Assembly (NCBI GenBank): GCA_964016885.1
Contig: OZ024741.1
Location: 372,744,001 to 372,808,000 of the forward strand
DNA length: 64,000 bases
From: Eledone cirrhosa
Lineage: Eukaryota
Direction of reading: 5' to 3'
In this document: positions 26,072 through 37,153 of the stretch, one piece after another
Layout of the letters: each line of letters starts with the position of its first letter
Numbering within the stretch: the stretch's first letter is position 1
Made by a program: the position numbers and the translations under genes
Notes under the pieces: model-generated
Seen by the model: only the letters and a program-made list of their open reading frames with translations
What the model was told of the DNA's origin: nothing
The model's database searches: none

Positions 26072-28607
26072 TTGATTTCTTTATTAGCCACAAGGGCGCA
26101 ACAAGAAAGGGGACAATACAAAGACATGCCGGGGATTTTACATACAGTCGTGTAAAAAAATATAAAAACAAACAAACAATTTCAACAATCGAAATCCCCA
26201 ATAGGGGGGAGGCGCCACAAATGGGTTGTTTAATACCCCGTCGATAGAACAACCCTCAACTCGAGGAGCGTGTTGTGCAAGTGCTCCTTTCTTCCTTTTG
26301 CTCTCTTCCTCAACCTACAGGCTTATAAACAGAGAAGGCCCAATCACTCGGGCCATTTTCGCTTCATTCACCCACCTTTCAGTAAATTTACTGGGGTGCA
26401 GTGCCTCTCTCTCCACCCTGATTCTCCTTCTAAAGTGATACTTAAAGAAGGGAATCAATTGTTGTCCGGAGAGAAAGGCATCTGTCCTCAGTCCTCTCAA
26501 CCTCGTCCACCATATAACTTCTTTCACCATAGCCACCGTACAGAGGAAAACCGCCTCTCTTTCGTTTTTGAAAGAGTCTGGCGGTTTGATCCTTACTATG
26601 GACTCGGAAGTCAACTGTATTTGTCCCATACGCGACAGCAGTTGTTCTGCATAGTTCCACAGGTCACTTACGCCCGGGCAGTGTACAATTGCGTGCAGAA
26701 CTGTTTCAATGTCCTGCGCACATCTTGGACACGTCCTCTTGGAAAGATCCCTGCGAGGGCGTCCGTGCCTGTAGATCTTGTCACGAACCGGTAGAGCTCC
26801 TCGGTAGCACTGCCAGGCCAGGGACCTCTGGAAGTTGTCCATAGGTCCCGGGCGGAAAGTCCTACCAAACATACTGGTGAGCTCATCGTCTTCGACGCCC
26901 AGAGTCTCTCCGAGCACGTCGTCGCCCTTGTAATGTACAATCCCTCTATAGAATGTCGAAGTGGAGTCTCCACTGATTGCTGCGCCCGCTTGCCAGAGGA
27001 CTGTGAGCGCCTGAGCGCATTCAATGTGCCAGGCGCCCATCGTTTTCGGTCTTTTCTTCACCCAGGACTGCAGCTCCGTTAGCGAGACGAGCTGTGGGAA
27101 AGCCTGTCTCACAAACGGTGCCCACACCGGTTGGGGGTCGGTGAGGAATACCTGGAGATGCCGCAGCCTTAGCGCATGTTTGCGCATAATCAGCCACGGC
27201 ATTCCCAGCCCTCCGTTGGAAGGGTGCTGACAGCAGACGGATCTCCTCACCAGCGGAGCCTGCTTCTTCCACAGAAACTGGAAGAGCATGCGTTCCATCT
27301 TGGCGAGGTGTTCACGGGGACAAGGCACGACAGTCAAGCGGTAGTAGATGACGGACGCTATGAAAGTGTTTGCCACCTCCGCTCGATCTTTCAAGGACAG
27401 TTTGCACTCTGCCCACTTCTGAGTGAGTGCAAACACCTTGGCCGTGACCTCGTTCCAGTTTTTCTCCACCTGGAGGTCTGGACCGAACCAGACCCCGAGC
27501 AATTTCACCGGTCCGTCCGTCCAGCGTCCAACGACGCTATCGGATGTCATCGGTTTGCCTCTCCACGTACCGAGTTGCAAACCGACAGACTTGTCTGGGT
27601 TTAGTTTTGCTCCCGTCAGCGTTTCGTATTCTTTCAGTATGTTGCCGATCACCCCGATTTCCGAGGTGCTCGACACCATTACTGTCACGTCGTCGGCATA
27701 AGCCGACGCCGCTTTGCGCAGTCCCGATTCTAGGGGGATGCCCTGCAACAGCTCCAATTTCCGCAGTAGTGGCTCTAGAGTCAATACATACAGAATGGAG
27801 GAGAGAGGGCATCCCTGTCGAATGGAACGCGTGATTGCGAACGGCTCCGATAGGTGGCCGTTCACCTTGACCCTCGAGCAGATGCTGGTGTGCATCGCCT
27901 CGATCCATCCTCTGAACACGGGGCCGAAACCGGCCGCCTTGAGAACCGCTTCCAAGTATCGATGGTCGACCCTATCGAATGCCTTAGACTGATCCAAGTT
28001 GATCAGAGCCCCACCGAAGCCGGGTTTACTACCCACCCTCTCTATGATGTATCGCATGAGGTGGAGGTTGTCGTGTATGGACCTGGTTGGGATTGCACAC
28101 GTTTGCGCTTTCCCTACCAGGTTCTCGACGACAAGCGCCAACCTCGTCGCTAGCACCTTGGCCAAAATCTTTAACTCTGTGTTGAGCAGAGTTATGGGCC
28201 TGAAGTTGTTAATTTCGTCCCCCTTGTTCTCGTCTTTCCTGATCAGCGTTACTACGCCCTTGCCTGCAGAACTGGGAATTCTCCCGTTCTGCTGCCAATT
28301 GCAGTAGACGGCTTCGAGGACGCTAGAGAACAAGTCCGGCATGCCTATGTAAAATTCGTAGGGTAGACCATCTAGACCGGGTGACTTGCGTTTCCCGCAG
28401 CGGCCCAGAGCGTCCCGTATCTCAGTGTCCGTGATCGGTCTTTCGCAGAACTCGGCGTCCGTGTTCGAGAGACGTGGCAGGCCGTCGAGGTATGAACTAA
28501 AGTCCATTGCCCCGTTTGGCTCACCGTCGTTCTGCTCAAACAGTCGCGCAAAGTGCCGCTGAAAGGCCGCGCACATTTGCTTGGGGTCAAGTAGCCCGCG
28601 TCCGTTT
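26072..28607 (-). mobile_element. 5'-truncated L1/Tx1-clade non-LTR retrotransposon
   Basis: GC-rich island with long ORF, 3' UTR and AATAAA; splits a family-A SINE (gtaactaaatattg ... aagcattttgttcag); no clear TSD. Confidence 0.93.
26315..28576 (-). CDS. LINE ORF2 (reverse transcriptase plus C-terminal Cys/His zinc finger), lacking the endonuclease
   Basis: 753 aa uninterrupted: KSPGLDGL, FRPITLLN, LDQSKAFDRVDH, IRQGCPLS, AYADD, KLLGVWF, GGLG, CPRC-x7-H-x4-C. Confidence 0.92.
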   Translation of the reverse strand: MCAAFQRHFARLFEQNDGEPNGAMDFSSYLDGLPRLSNTDAEFCERPITDTEIRDALGRCGKRKSPGLDGLPYEFYIGMPDLFSSVLEAVYCNWQQNGRIPSSAGKGVVTLIRKDENKGDEINNFRPITLLNTELKILAKVLATRLALVVENLVGKAQTCAIPTRSIHDNLHLMRYIIERVGSKPGFGGALINLDQSKAFDRVDHRYLEAVLKAAGFGPVFRGWIEAMHTSICSRVKVNGHLSEPFAITRSIRQGCPLSSILYVLTLEPLLRKLELLQGIPLESGLRKAASAYADDVTVMVSSTSEIGVIGNILKEYETLTGAKLNPDKSVGLQLGTWRGKPMTSDSVVGRWTDGPVKLLGVWFGPDLQVEKNWNEVTAKVFALTQKWAECKLSLKDRAEVANTFIASVIYYRLTVVPCPREHLAKMERMLFQFLWKKQAPLVRRSVCCQHPSNGGLGMPWLIMRKHALRLRHLQVFLTDPQPVWAPFVRQAFPQLVSLTELQSWVKKRPKTMGAWHIECAQALTVLWQAGAAISGDSTSTFYRGIVHYKGDDVLGETLGVEDDELTSMFGRTFRPGPMDNFQRSLAWQCYRGALPVRDKIYRHGRPRRDLSKRTCPRCAQDIETVLHAIVHCPGVSDLWNYAEQLLSRMGQIQLTSESIVRIKPPDSFKNEREAVFLCTVAMVKEVIWWTRLRGLRTDAFLSGQQLIPFFKYHFRRRIRVEREALHPSKFTERWVNEAKMARVIGPSLFISL

Positions 28608-29694
28608 TAAGCATTTTGTTCAGCTAAAGTCGAAAATCTAAAGTCTGTCTCAAGCGTGGAGGCTCATCAGGCCAGTGCTTATCCTGGTTTCCTTGGCATG
28701 AAGCTACGGAGAGTACAAGACTCCCTCCTGGACAGGACATCAGTCCATCATAAGGTTAAATCCCCAGCTATTGCTGGTACTCATGTTCAGCTGAGTATAC
28801 TGGAGCAATGTGAAATGAAGTGTTTTGCTCAAGAACACAACACACAAACCAATCCAGGAATCGAACCCTTACTACTAGACCTCACACCTCTAACAATCTA
28901 CTGATACTACCAAACCACCACCCTTTTTCTAATTTCTGCAATTTGTGGGGAAAAGAAAGTCAATTACATAAGCCTCAGTATCTTAATGGTACTGAAGTAT
29001 GAAAGGAAAGGTTAACTTTGGTGGGATTTGAACTCAGAAGGTAAAGGATTGAAATGAATACTGAGGCGAATTTAATTCAACATTCTAAGAATTCTGCCAA
29101 TCAGTTACACTTAATGGTTCCTAATTTAGGCACCAGGCCAATGATTTGGAAGGAGGAGGATGGGTACTTGGCTGGTATGTTATTTCATCAACCCTGGAAG
29201 GATGAAAGGCAAAGGTCCTTTAAAAAGAAGACAGGCAGCAATAACAGCTTTTACTTTTGATATTACTTACATAATTTTCAATATATTTTTACATATATTT
29301 TATTATGATATTTGCATATATTATTGGACCATATTTTTTTACAGTGCAATCCCCCACTTAATGCTAATTAGTCAGTTATGAAGCAAGAAATATTTGTATA
29401 TATATTTTTCCTCAAAGTCGGTTGATTGAGGAAATAATACATTACTTATGGTAACTTAATATGTAAAGCATTCAACTAAAAGATAAGAGTTATTTATAAA
29501 GTATATCCATAACAAAAAGCACTCATTTCACCCTGTCAGTTGGTAGCACTGGCGTCATAATAAAATGCACCCAGTACACACGGTAAGGTGGTAGTGCTGG
29601 TGCCACGACAAAAAACACCCAGCCCACTCTGTAAGGTGGTAGTGCTGGTGCCACTATGAAAATCAACAAGTCTGCCTTGCAAGATGGTACTGTT

Positions 29695-30460
29695 ACTTAC
29701 TTACTTGTGTCGACATTCACCCTGAACGGGTTGAGCCGGCTTCTTCCCTTGTCCTGACGGCATCCCGAACCATGGCAGCCCACGCATGACGGTCCTGGGC
29801 TAGGTCATTGGAGATAGCGAGCCAGTCACGGTTCCATTGGCGCAGGCCGACCACATGCGGACCTGAGAGTTCGGAGAGGTCCTCCTTGATCATCGTTGCC
29901 CAGGTCTTCAACTGCCCACCAACGCGCTTGCGCCAGTTAGGGAGTGGAGGTGGGAGGAGAACATAGCCGAGCAGCTCACCCTCAGGGCGCCGGGCTGTGT
30001 GACCAAACCATCTCAAGCGCCGTTGCAGAAGCACTGAAGGAAGGGGTAGAAGATTCAGGCAAAGACGAAGACTGGTGGTAGGTACCCGATCAACGCGTCG
30101 GCAGCGAAGAATACGGTGGAGACAGTCATTGTCGAAGACCTCCAGCCCCCGTTGATCGACTACCCTCATAGGCCATGTTTCACAGCCATAGAGGAGGATA
30201 GTGCGAATGACCGCCTGGTAGATTCACCCTTTGGTCGTCGAGGTGATCTCTCTTCTGTCCCACAGACACCGCTGGAGGCGCTCAAAAGCGGATCTGGCAG
30301 CACCTATGCGACGCTTGACCTCGGCTGCGCCCTGTCCCGTTGGAACCACTGTTGAACCCAGGTAAACGAAGGACTCCACATCCTCCAGGTCCACGCCCTC
30401 AAGAGATATTGGCTGCCAGGCATCAGGCGAGACCAGTGACGTCATGACTTTCGACTTGGC
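29695..30460 (-). mobile_element. 5'-truncated RTE-clade LINE with a (TAAG)n tail, inserted in a SINE repeat unit
   Basis: 9-bp TSD GGTACTGTT (29686-94, 30461-69); frames VESFVYLGS...RRIGAARSAF..L and FDNDCLHRIL...RRLRWFGH...KTW, disrupted. Confidence 0.92.
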
Positions 30461-30702
30461 GGTACTGTTGGTGCCATGACAAAACGCACCCAGTCCACCC
30501 TGTAAGGTGTTAGCACCAGAGTCTTAATAAAAGGCTCCCAGTACATGCAGTAACATTGTTGGCATTAGGAAGGGTTTCCAGCCATAGAAACCAAGACCAA
30601 AATTGGAGCATATGAGCAAGATGTAGTCTCCTTACCTTTCTAGTCTCAGTATGTAAAAACTCATCTAACCCATGCAAATATGGAAAATAGATGTGAAATG
30701 GA

Positions 30703-30776
30703 GATGATGACGATGATGATGATGATAATACTGATGATGGTGACAATGAAGATGAAGATGATGATGATGAAGATGG

Positions 30777-30810
<34 letters not shown>

Positions 30811-31050
30811 AATGATGATGATGATGATGATGAAGATGATGATGATGAAAATGATGATGATGATGATGATAATGCTGATGATGGTGATGATGATGATGAA
30901 GATGATGATGATGACGATGGCAATGATGATGATGATAACGATGATGATGATGGTGATGATGATTGTGATGATGATGATGATGATAACGATGATAATGATG
31001 ATAATGATGGTGATGGTGATGATGGTGAAGATGAAGAAGATGATGATGAT
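30703..31050. repeat. Imperfect (GAT)n microsatellite, an expanded SINE tail abutting a PDE4 donor site
   Basis: About 115 triplets directly after the SINE 3' end (ctaacccatgcaaatatgg...gatgtgaaatg). Confidence 0.95.
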
Positions 31051-31056
31051 ATTTAC

Positions 31057-31221
31057 CTCCAAAGCAGATACTGATAATAGAACATGAGTTGACTGTGTAA
31101 CATCAGCTGCATGCATAGCATTGTGATAAGGAACATCCCGGTGGTAATGGTCTTCTAGGTGCATTAGGTAGGTGACCATTGTTTGGGCAGGAATTTGGAA
31201 GGTTTTCAGCAGATTTCTCTC
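31057..31221 (-). CDS. PDE4: PDE4 exon (165 bp) with YHNxxH metal-binding motif
   Basis: ttttccAG|GAG...GAG|GTaaat; [55 protein letters not shown]. Confidence 0.97.
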
Positions 31222-31856
31222 CTGGAAAACAACAAAACATTAAGATATTGTAAAAAAAATCCATTTTGCTTTTAATTCAAAGTCAACACAAATTAATAAT
31301 GGTTTCTGATTCAGGCACAAGGCCAGCAATTTTGGGGGAAGGGGAAGTTGATTAAATCGACTCCAGTGCATGACTGGTACTAAATTTCATTGACCTGTTA
31401 AGATGAAAGGCAAAGCTAACCTTGGCAGGATTTGAATTCAGAATGTAAAGGGCCATAACTCTATGCTGCGAAGCAGTGTGTCTGACGCTCTACTGATACT
31501 GACAATCTACCGCCCTGTGTTTAATATTTATAATAAAATATAAAATACTTAAGGATTTCTAAGATTGTAAAGGGCCATAACTCTATGCTGTGAAGCAAGG
31601 TGTCCGACACTCTATCGATACTGCCAATCCACCGCCCTTAACACAGATTAATAATTATTGACAATAAATTATAAGAAACCAATAATTATTGACAATAAAT
31701 TATAAGAAACCAATAATTATTGACAATAAATCAATCCAATAGAAAACAATTCAACAGTTAATATTTTGTAATGATATAGTAGAAAATATTTAAATATTTG
31801 TTTGTTCATTCAAATATTAATACTATCTTTACTAGTAGATAGATTGTTATGAGTGA

Positions 31857-32345
31857 TGGTGCATGGCTTAGTGTTTAGAGCAGACATGTCAAACTGCGGG
31901 GCCCCCGTGGGCCACATGGGTCACATATGTGTTGTCTGAGGGCCACACATGACAACTAATTGTGCATATTACAACTAATATTTTTTATTTTATATTACGC
32001 TCACGCTGTAAAAACCTTTGTGCAGGCTGCAAGTGTGCTTGTAAAGGGATGCATCTTTGACATGCCTGGGTTAGAATATTCAGCTCACAATTGTAAGGTG
32101 GTAAGTTAGATTCCTGATGGTGCATTGTGTCCTTCAGCAAGACACTTTATATCACATTGTTCCAGTCCAGCTGACAAATATGAGTTGTACCTGTAATTCT
32201 GTGGCATGCTGAATCTTCCTGAGAACTACATTAAGGGTACATGAGTCTGAAGAATGCTCAGCCACTTGTATGTTAATTTCACAAGCAGGCTGTTCCATTG
32301 ATTGTGTCAACTGGAACACTTGTCATCGTAACTGACGGAGTGTAC
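31857..32345 (+). mobile_element. tRNA-derived SINE family B with a nested hAT MITE (31881-32068)
   Basis: A-box TGGCTTAGTG(G)TTAG and core CCTT(G/C)AGCAAGACACTTTA; MITE TIRs CAGACATGTCAAA/TTTGACATGCCTG with degenerate 8-bp TSD. Other family-B copies at about 6945, 20120, 28655, 35803, 42540, 46255, 61840. Confidence 0.8.
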
Positions 32346-32388
32346 ATGCCAGATTGTTATGAAAATTTGCCATAAACTAAAGTAAATA

Positions 32389-32569
32389 CCGTATATTCCC
32401 GGCGTTGAAGATGCTACTTTTTTCCTAAAATAAGTCTTGAAAATGTACCATGCGTCCTGGAGGCCGAAGGTTGCATTTTTTATGTTTATGATTTTTTTTT
32501 CAAAATTTTGGTTGTCAAAATTAGGGTGCGTGCTCGAGGACAAAGCGTCTTCAATGCCGGGAAACTCGG
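32389..32569. mobile_element. Tc1/mariner-superfamily MITE
   Basis: TA on both sides; TIRs CCGTATATTCCCGGCGTTGAAGATGC / GCGTCTTCAATGCCGGGAAACTCGG. Confidence 0.8.
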
Positions 32570-33061
32570 TATTTTTATTTTTAATGTAATGCAGCCATAG
32601 TGTTGTTTTGTACTTTCAAGAATATCTTACAAACTAGAGTTTTTTTCAACACGCTGATGCGTATATGTGTGTGTGTGTGTGCATGTATGAGTAAATAAAT
32701 ATAAACGCGCAAACACAGACACACTTACATAAATACACACTCACATACATACATTGACACAAACACACACATACTTTGACACAAACATACACATACATTC
32801 ACAAACACACACATACATTGACACAAACACACATACATTGACACAAACACATATACATAGATTGACACAAACACACATACATTCACACACACATTGTGTG
32901 ACAGACAGAAGGAAGTCGCTGAAATTTATATATAGATGTGGGTTTTATATGATTTAAGATGTTAAGAAGTTCATCACATGAAATAAAACTGAAATACAAC
33001 AGCAGCTTCAGTTGCTAATTTTAGATAGCTAAATAAAGCATGAGTTTGATTGTATACATAC

Positions 33062-33160
33062 CTGTAATATGGTATATGTAACACACGTCAATGGTCTGTT
33101 GTTAGAATATTCTGATATCTTGAACAAATCTATTCCCCACTTATCAACATCTGCCAAATG
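33062..33160 (-). CDS. PDE4: PDE4 exon (99 bp)
   Basis: ctAG|CAT...CAG|GTatgt; HLADVDKWGIDLFKISEYSNNRPLTCVTYTILQ (PDE4 'KWG...F...S.NRPLT'); not in ORF track, read manually. Confidence 0.95.
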
Positions 33161-33246
33161 CTAGATAACGAGAATAAAAGGCAAAGAGAAATAAAACTGC
33201 AGAAGATATATGAGAAAATCATTTTAGCAATTGTTAATTTGATATA

Positions 33247-33380
33247 CGAGGGTCGACTGAAAAGTTTATAGGCTGCCCAAGATACTCTCATGGAATGTGA
33301 CCAAATGAGGTTTATTTTTCAACATAGTCCCCCTTGCAATCCACACACTTCTTCCATCAGTGTTTCAGTGATTGGATCTC
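33247..33380. mobile_element. Mariner-like element left end
   Basis: TA-CGAGGGTCGACTGAAAAGTT start and TTTTCAACATAGTCCCC subterminal motif; no matching right TIR seen. Confidence 0.6.
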
Positions 33381-33424
33381 ATAATCAGTCAATTAACTTT
33401 TCAGCATCATACATACGCTATTAA

Positions 33425-34063
33425 CCTTTTAATCCCTACCCACCCAAAACTGCCTCTGGTTCTAGGAAAAACTAATCATCTTAAAGAGTTCTTGTATAAG
33501 TTAAAATCTTCCAACATAATTTTACATAAGAACCATATTTTAAGTTACCGTCTTAATAATGAAATAATCAATGATTTTATCAAATTCCTCCAGGTTCTTC
33601 AATAACTAATTCTAATACAGTGTATTTCATTAAACCTTTAGCATTTAAACCGGCTATATCGGCTCATTTTGTTAAGGCATATTTTTCAAAATAAATGATA
33701 TCAAAATCACGTTGATTCGATATTATGTGAGGTAATTATGAGAAATAAAGTGTTTACCATGAAAATACAATAGTATATATAGAGTAATGTAAATGTTAAA
33801 GGGTTAAAAATATAGTAATGAAAGGGTTAAATTATACATTAACTCTTTAGCATTTAAACTGGCCATATCTGGCCAGAATTCTCTCATCTCTTTCTGTTCA
33901 AACTGGCCATAACTGGCTGTTCATATTTATGTTAAGGTATTGTTCTCAAAATAAATAATATCAAAATCTCATAGATTCGATATTATGTGAGGTAATTATC
34001 TGAGATAAAGTGTTCACTGTGAAAATACAATAGTAAATATGGAGTAATGTAAATGCTAAAAGG
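33425..34063. mobile_element. Cluster of piggyBac-type MITEs (one nested in another, one adjacent)
   Basis: TTAA-flanked ends: outer about 33425-33826, inner 33634-33803, adjacent 33843-34063. Confidence 0.75.
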
Positions 34064-34291
34064 TTAAGATGTAGAACTACTGTGCATCCCTTAACTTCCT
34101 ATGAATCTAATGGTTTCATGAAGTATGATCTCTCATGGGGCATTCAGATGTAAGGGATACAAGACCAATCTTCTCACAAACATTATCTGCCTTTCTTTTC
34201 ACTGAACATCTCCTCCTCCTCCTTCTGCTAGCAAATTCTCTGCTGTACACCTTTCTGACATGATATGAATACAATGCATAAAACATACAGC

Positions 34292-34479
34292 CAGGGCTGG
34301 ATTTATTGAGAGACAGAGGGGGGCAAATACAATAGGGATCCCTTGTCAAACAGGGCCTTCTCTCGGAACAGCTCTCACACCCCAAAAAAACAAAAAAAAA
34401 CAAAAAAACTTGAACTGCCTCGGATTCCCCCAGACCTGAACAGCCCCCTCCCCCACCCCAAGGACTAAATATGGCCCTG
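34292..34479. mobile_element. hAT-type MITE
   Basis: TIRs CAGGGCTGGATTTA / TAAATATGGCCCTG; TSD CATACAGC / CATACTGC (7/8 match). Confidence 0.75.
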
Positions 34480-35350
34480 CATACTGCCAGGACAAATTAG
34501 AATATTTCTCTTATTGCTGAAATACCCTTAATCTTAATTTACAAAAAAATTCCTTTTCATCAACTTAATTGACTACAGAATGTAATTTTAATTTAACAAG
34601 AACGTCCAAAATTGAAATCAAACAAGAATGTATTTTTGTTTATAAGTTTACAAAATTACACAATTCCCATAATAAGCTTGTCAAACTGAATATAACGTCT
34701 CAGTATTTAACATTTTCATACTTGCTGGTAATCTTTGCATCATTTTCAACAGTTTTCTTATTTTCTTCTATCTGTTTGCATGCTTTTTTTAATGAAATAT
34801 AATTATCCTTTTTTTTTCGGTATTTCTAGGATATAATTTCATAGATGTTCAGCATGCATGGTGCCGTATCTCCTGAGGGAGTCATAGAGGCGCCATACAG
34901 TGCTTCTAGGGTATTTTTAAACCTGGCAGAGCCTATCTTCTCTCCAGGTCTGAATACAGCAGATTTCTTCCAAAGAAGGATAGAGAGTAAGAAAATGGAA
35001 GTGAGAAGAGATATAGAGTAAAAATTAACCCCAGTACTAGACTGGTACTTTTTTTTTTATTGATCTTGAATGGATGAAAGGCAAAGTTGACCTCGGCAGG
35101 ATTTGAACTGAGAGAGCAGAGAGCGAAAATGAATGCCACAAAACATTCTATCTGATGTTCTCATGCTTCTGTCAATTCACCACTTTAAATGTTCAGCATA
35201 TATATGTACAGACATGCAGTATTAAATGTATGAGAAGAAGAAAAAGAAAAAAGAATCAAGCAACGAAAGAAAGAGAGAGGAAGAGGAACAGATGCTACAT
35301 TGTCTTTTGTTAAATTACCATATTTTAAAGAACAAAAAAAAAAAGCGTAC

Positions 35351-35550
35351 CTTCCCAAGTTCTTCTCTGTGAGGTGTTTCTACACCATATCTTGGAACGA
35401 CACCAGTAAAGCTGTTAGCATGTTTCAGTTTCCGTACTCCAGATATCTGACACATTGGTCGGTTCTTGTCTTTTTGAAAAATGTCTTTGTTTCCTGGTCG
35501 GTCTGTATCTTCAACTTTTAGTGTTGGCACATCTAATTCTTGTTGTTTGT
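35351..35550 (-). CDS. PDE4: PDE4 (dunce-family cAMP phosphodiesterase) exon, linker region 2 / start of catalytic domain; first exon visible in window (200 bp)
   Basis: tttattgcAG acceptor and AAG|GTacgc donor; encodes (D)KQQELDVPTLKVE...RPMCQISGVRKLKHANSFTGVVPRYGVETPHREELGK, matching the PDE4 'DKQ.E...RPMSQISGVKKL.HSSS...PRFGV' segment. Confidence 0.93.
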
Positions 35551-36316
35551 CTGCAATAAAACAGATTATGAAAAATAACATTTATTTTCTTATATTACTA
35601 GCATGAATTAAATTTGTTGGTCCCTTGAAGCAACAAATTTCATAGCTAAATATTATTCTTCACAAGAACTACCACCCTCTAAAAAGTAAACATATGAGGT
35701 GCGTCAGAAAAGTAACAGTACTTAGTGTGCTGTGTGGGCTCTGGTATGGAATAACAGGATGCATCACCGTGTGATGTAATATCTTGAGAGAATGTAAGTG
35801 TGAAGGTGTATGGCTTAGTGGTTAGAGAGTTGGATTCATAATCATGAGGTTGCAAGTTCAATTCTCGGACTGGGTGATGCATTATGACCTTGAGCAAGAC
35901 ACTTTATTTCATGTTGCTCCTTCTACCAGGAGTTGCAACTGGTAGATAGTATCAGCAATGGAAAGACCAATGGAAACATTGCTTCCTTGGTCTGATTTAA
36001 CAAGGCCCACCTCACTTGGCAAGCAAATGAGGTCTAGGATCTTGTCGATCGATCAGAGCGAGAGTGATATAAGTGTGATCTCAGCTCTCTGCAGCTATTG
36101 TATGTTTTTTCATGTGCTTTTGTTAATAGCTCTTCAATTTTAGGCCATCGAGTGATGGACACAGAGTAACAAACCAGCTTGAAGCTTCTGTTCCGGCATC
36201 AAAACCACCTGGAATACTGCAGTAAGTGTATGGAGATGAAATAATGTTGTGCTCATAGATTTTCATTGTTGACAAAAATCCCAAAGCTGTCATTGCAAAC
36301 CTGAATTCTACATGAT

Positions 36317-36824
36317 ATCATCATTTTACATCCGCTTTTCCTTGCTTGCAAGGGTGGGATGGGAACTGATTCTGGCTTGATTTCTACAGCTGGATGCCCT
36401 TCCTAACACCAATCTCATTTACAGTGAGTGCTAGGTACTTTTTTTCCGTGGCACCTCCACGACCACTTTGCAGTGGAATGAAATGGACCCCAGTCCCTAT
36501 CATCTCATTTCTACAGCTGAGTAAACTGGAGCAACGTGAAATAAAGTGTCTTGCTCTCAGACCGGGTGATGTGTTGTTTCCTTGAGTAAGGACACTTTAT
36601 TTCACGTTGCTCCAGTTTACTCAGCTGTAGAAATGAGATGATAGGGACTGGGGCCCATATCATTCCACTGCAAAGTGGTTGTGGAGGTGCCAACACAAAA
36701 AAGCACCCAGCACTCACTGTAAATTAGGTTGGTGTTAGGAAGGGCATCTAGCTGTAGAAATCAAGCCAGAATCAGTTCCTGTCCCACCCTTGCAAGCAGG
36801 GAAAAGCGGACGTAAAATGATGAT
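36317..36824. repeat. Long inverted repeat (two head-to-head SINE copies, ~240-bp arms, ~27-bp spacer)
   Basis: 36317-36556 is the reverse complement of 36583-36824 with scattered mismatches. Confidence 0.93.
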
Positions 36825-37153
36825 GGTGATGATGATGATGATTACATAACACTCTCAAACAGCATAACTTAGTAAAGTAGCAAGGGGTGGCTCAGGGACC
36901 AAGGGACTAAACATTTTCAACACTATGAGTTTGTCAAGAAACCTTTAGAAGAGTGGCTGGTACTTTGACACTTGTCTTCATAGTTATGAGTTTGATAGAA
37001 AACAACCCAGGGGAGGGGGAACGACCCCCCCCCCCAAAAAAAAAGAAGAGATTCCTTATTCTTGAGTTATTTTTAATAACCTTGACAGAGACAAGAACTC
37101 AATATCAAAATAACTGAAATCAAATTATATCTATTGCTCATATTTATGTTACA

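Noticed and set aside
26270-28307. Plus-strand ORFs overlapping the LINE
   Set aside because: Antisense shadow ORFs of a GC-rich coding sequence.
30437-30444. Second full CRE TGACGTCA
   Set aside because: Lies in the coding remnant of an RTE LINE with no motif clustering; likely chance.
30510-31087. Poly-Ser, poly-Met and poly-Ile ORFs
   Set aside because: Translations of the (GAT)n microsatellite; only 31057-31221 is real exon.
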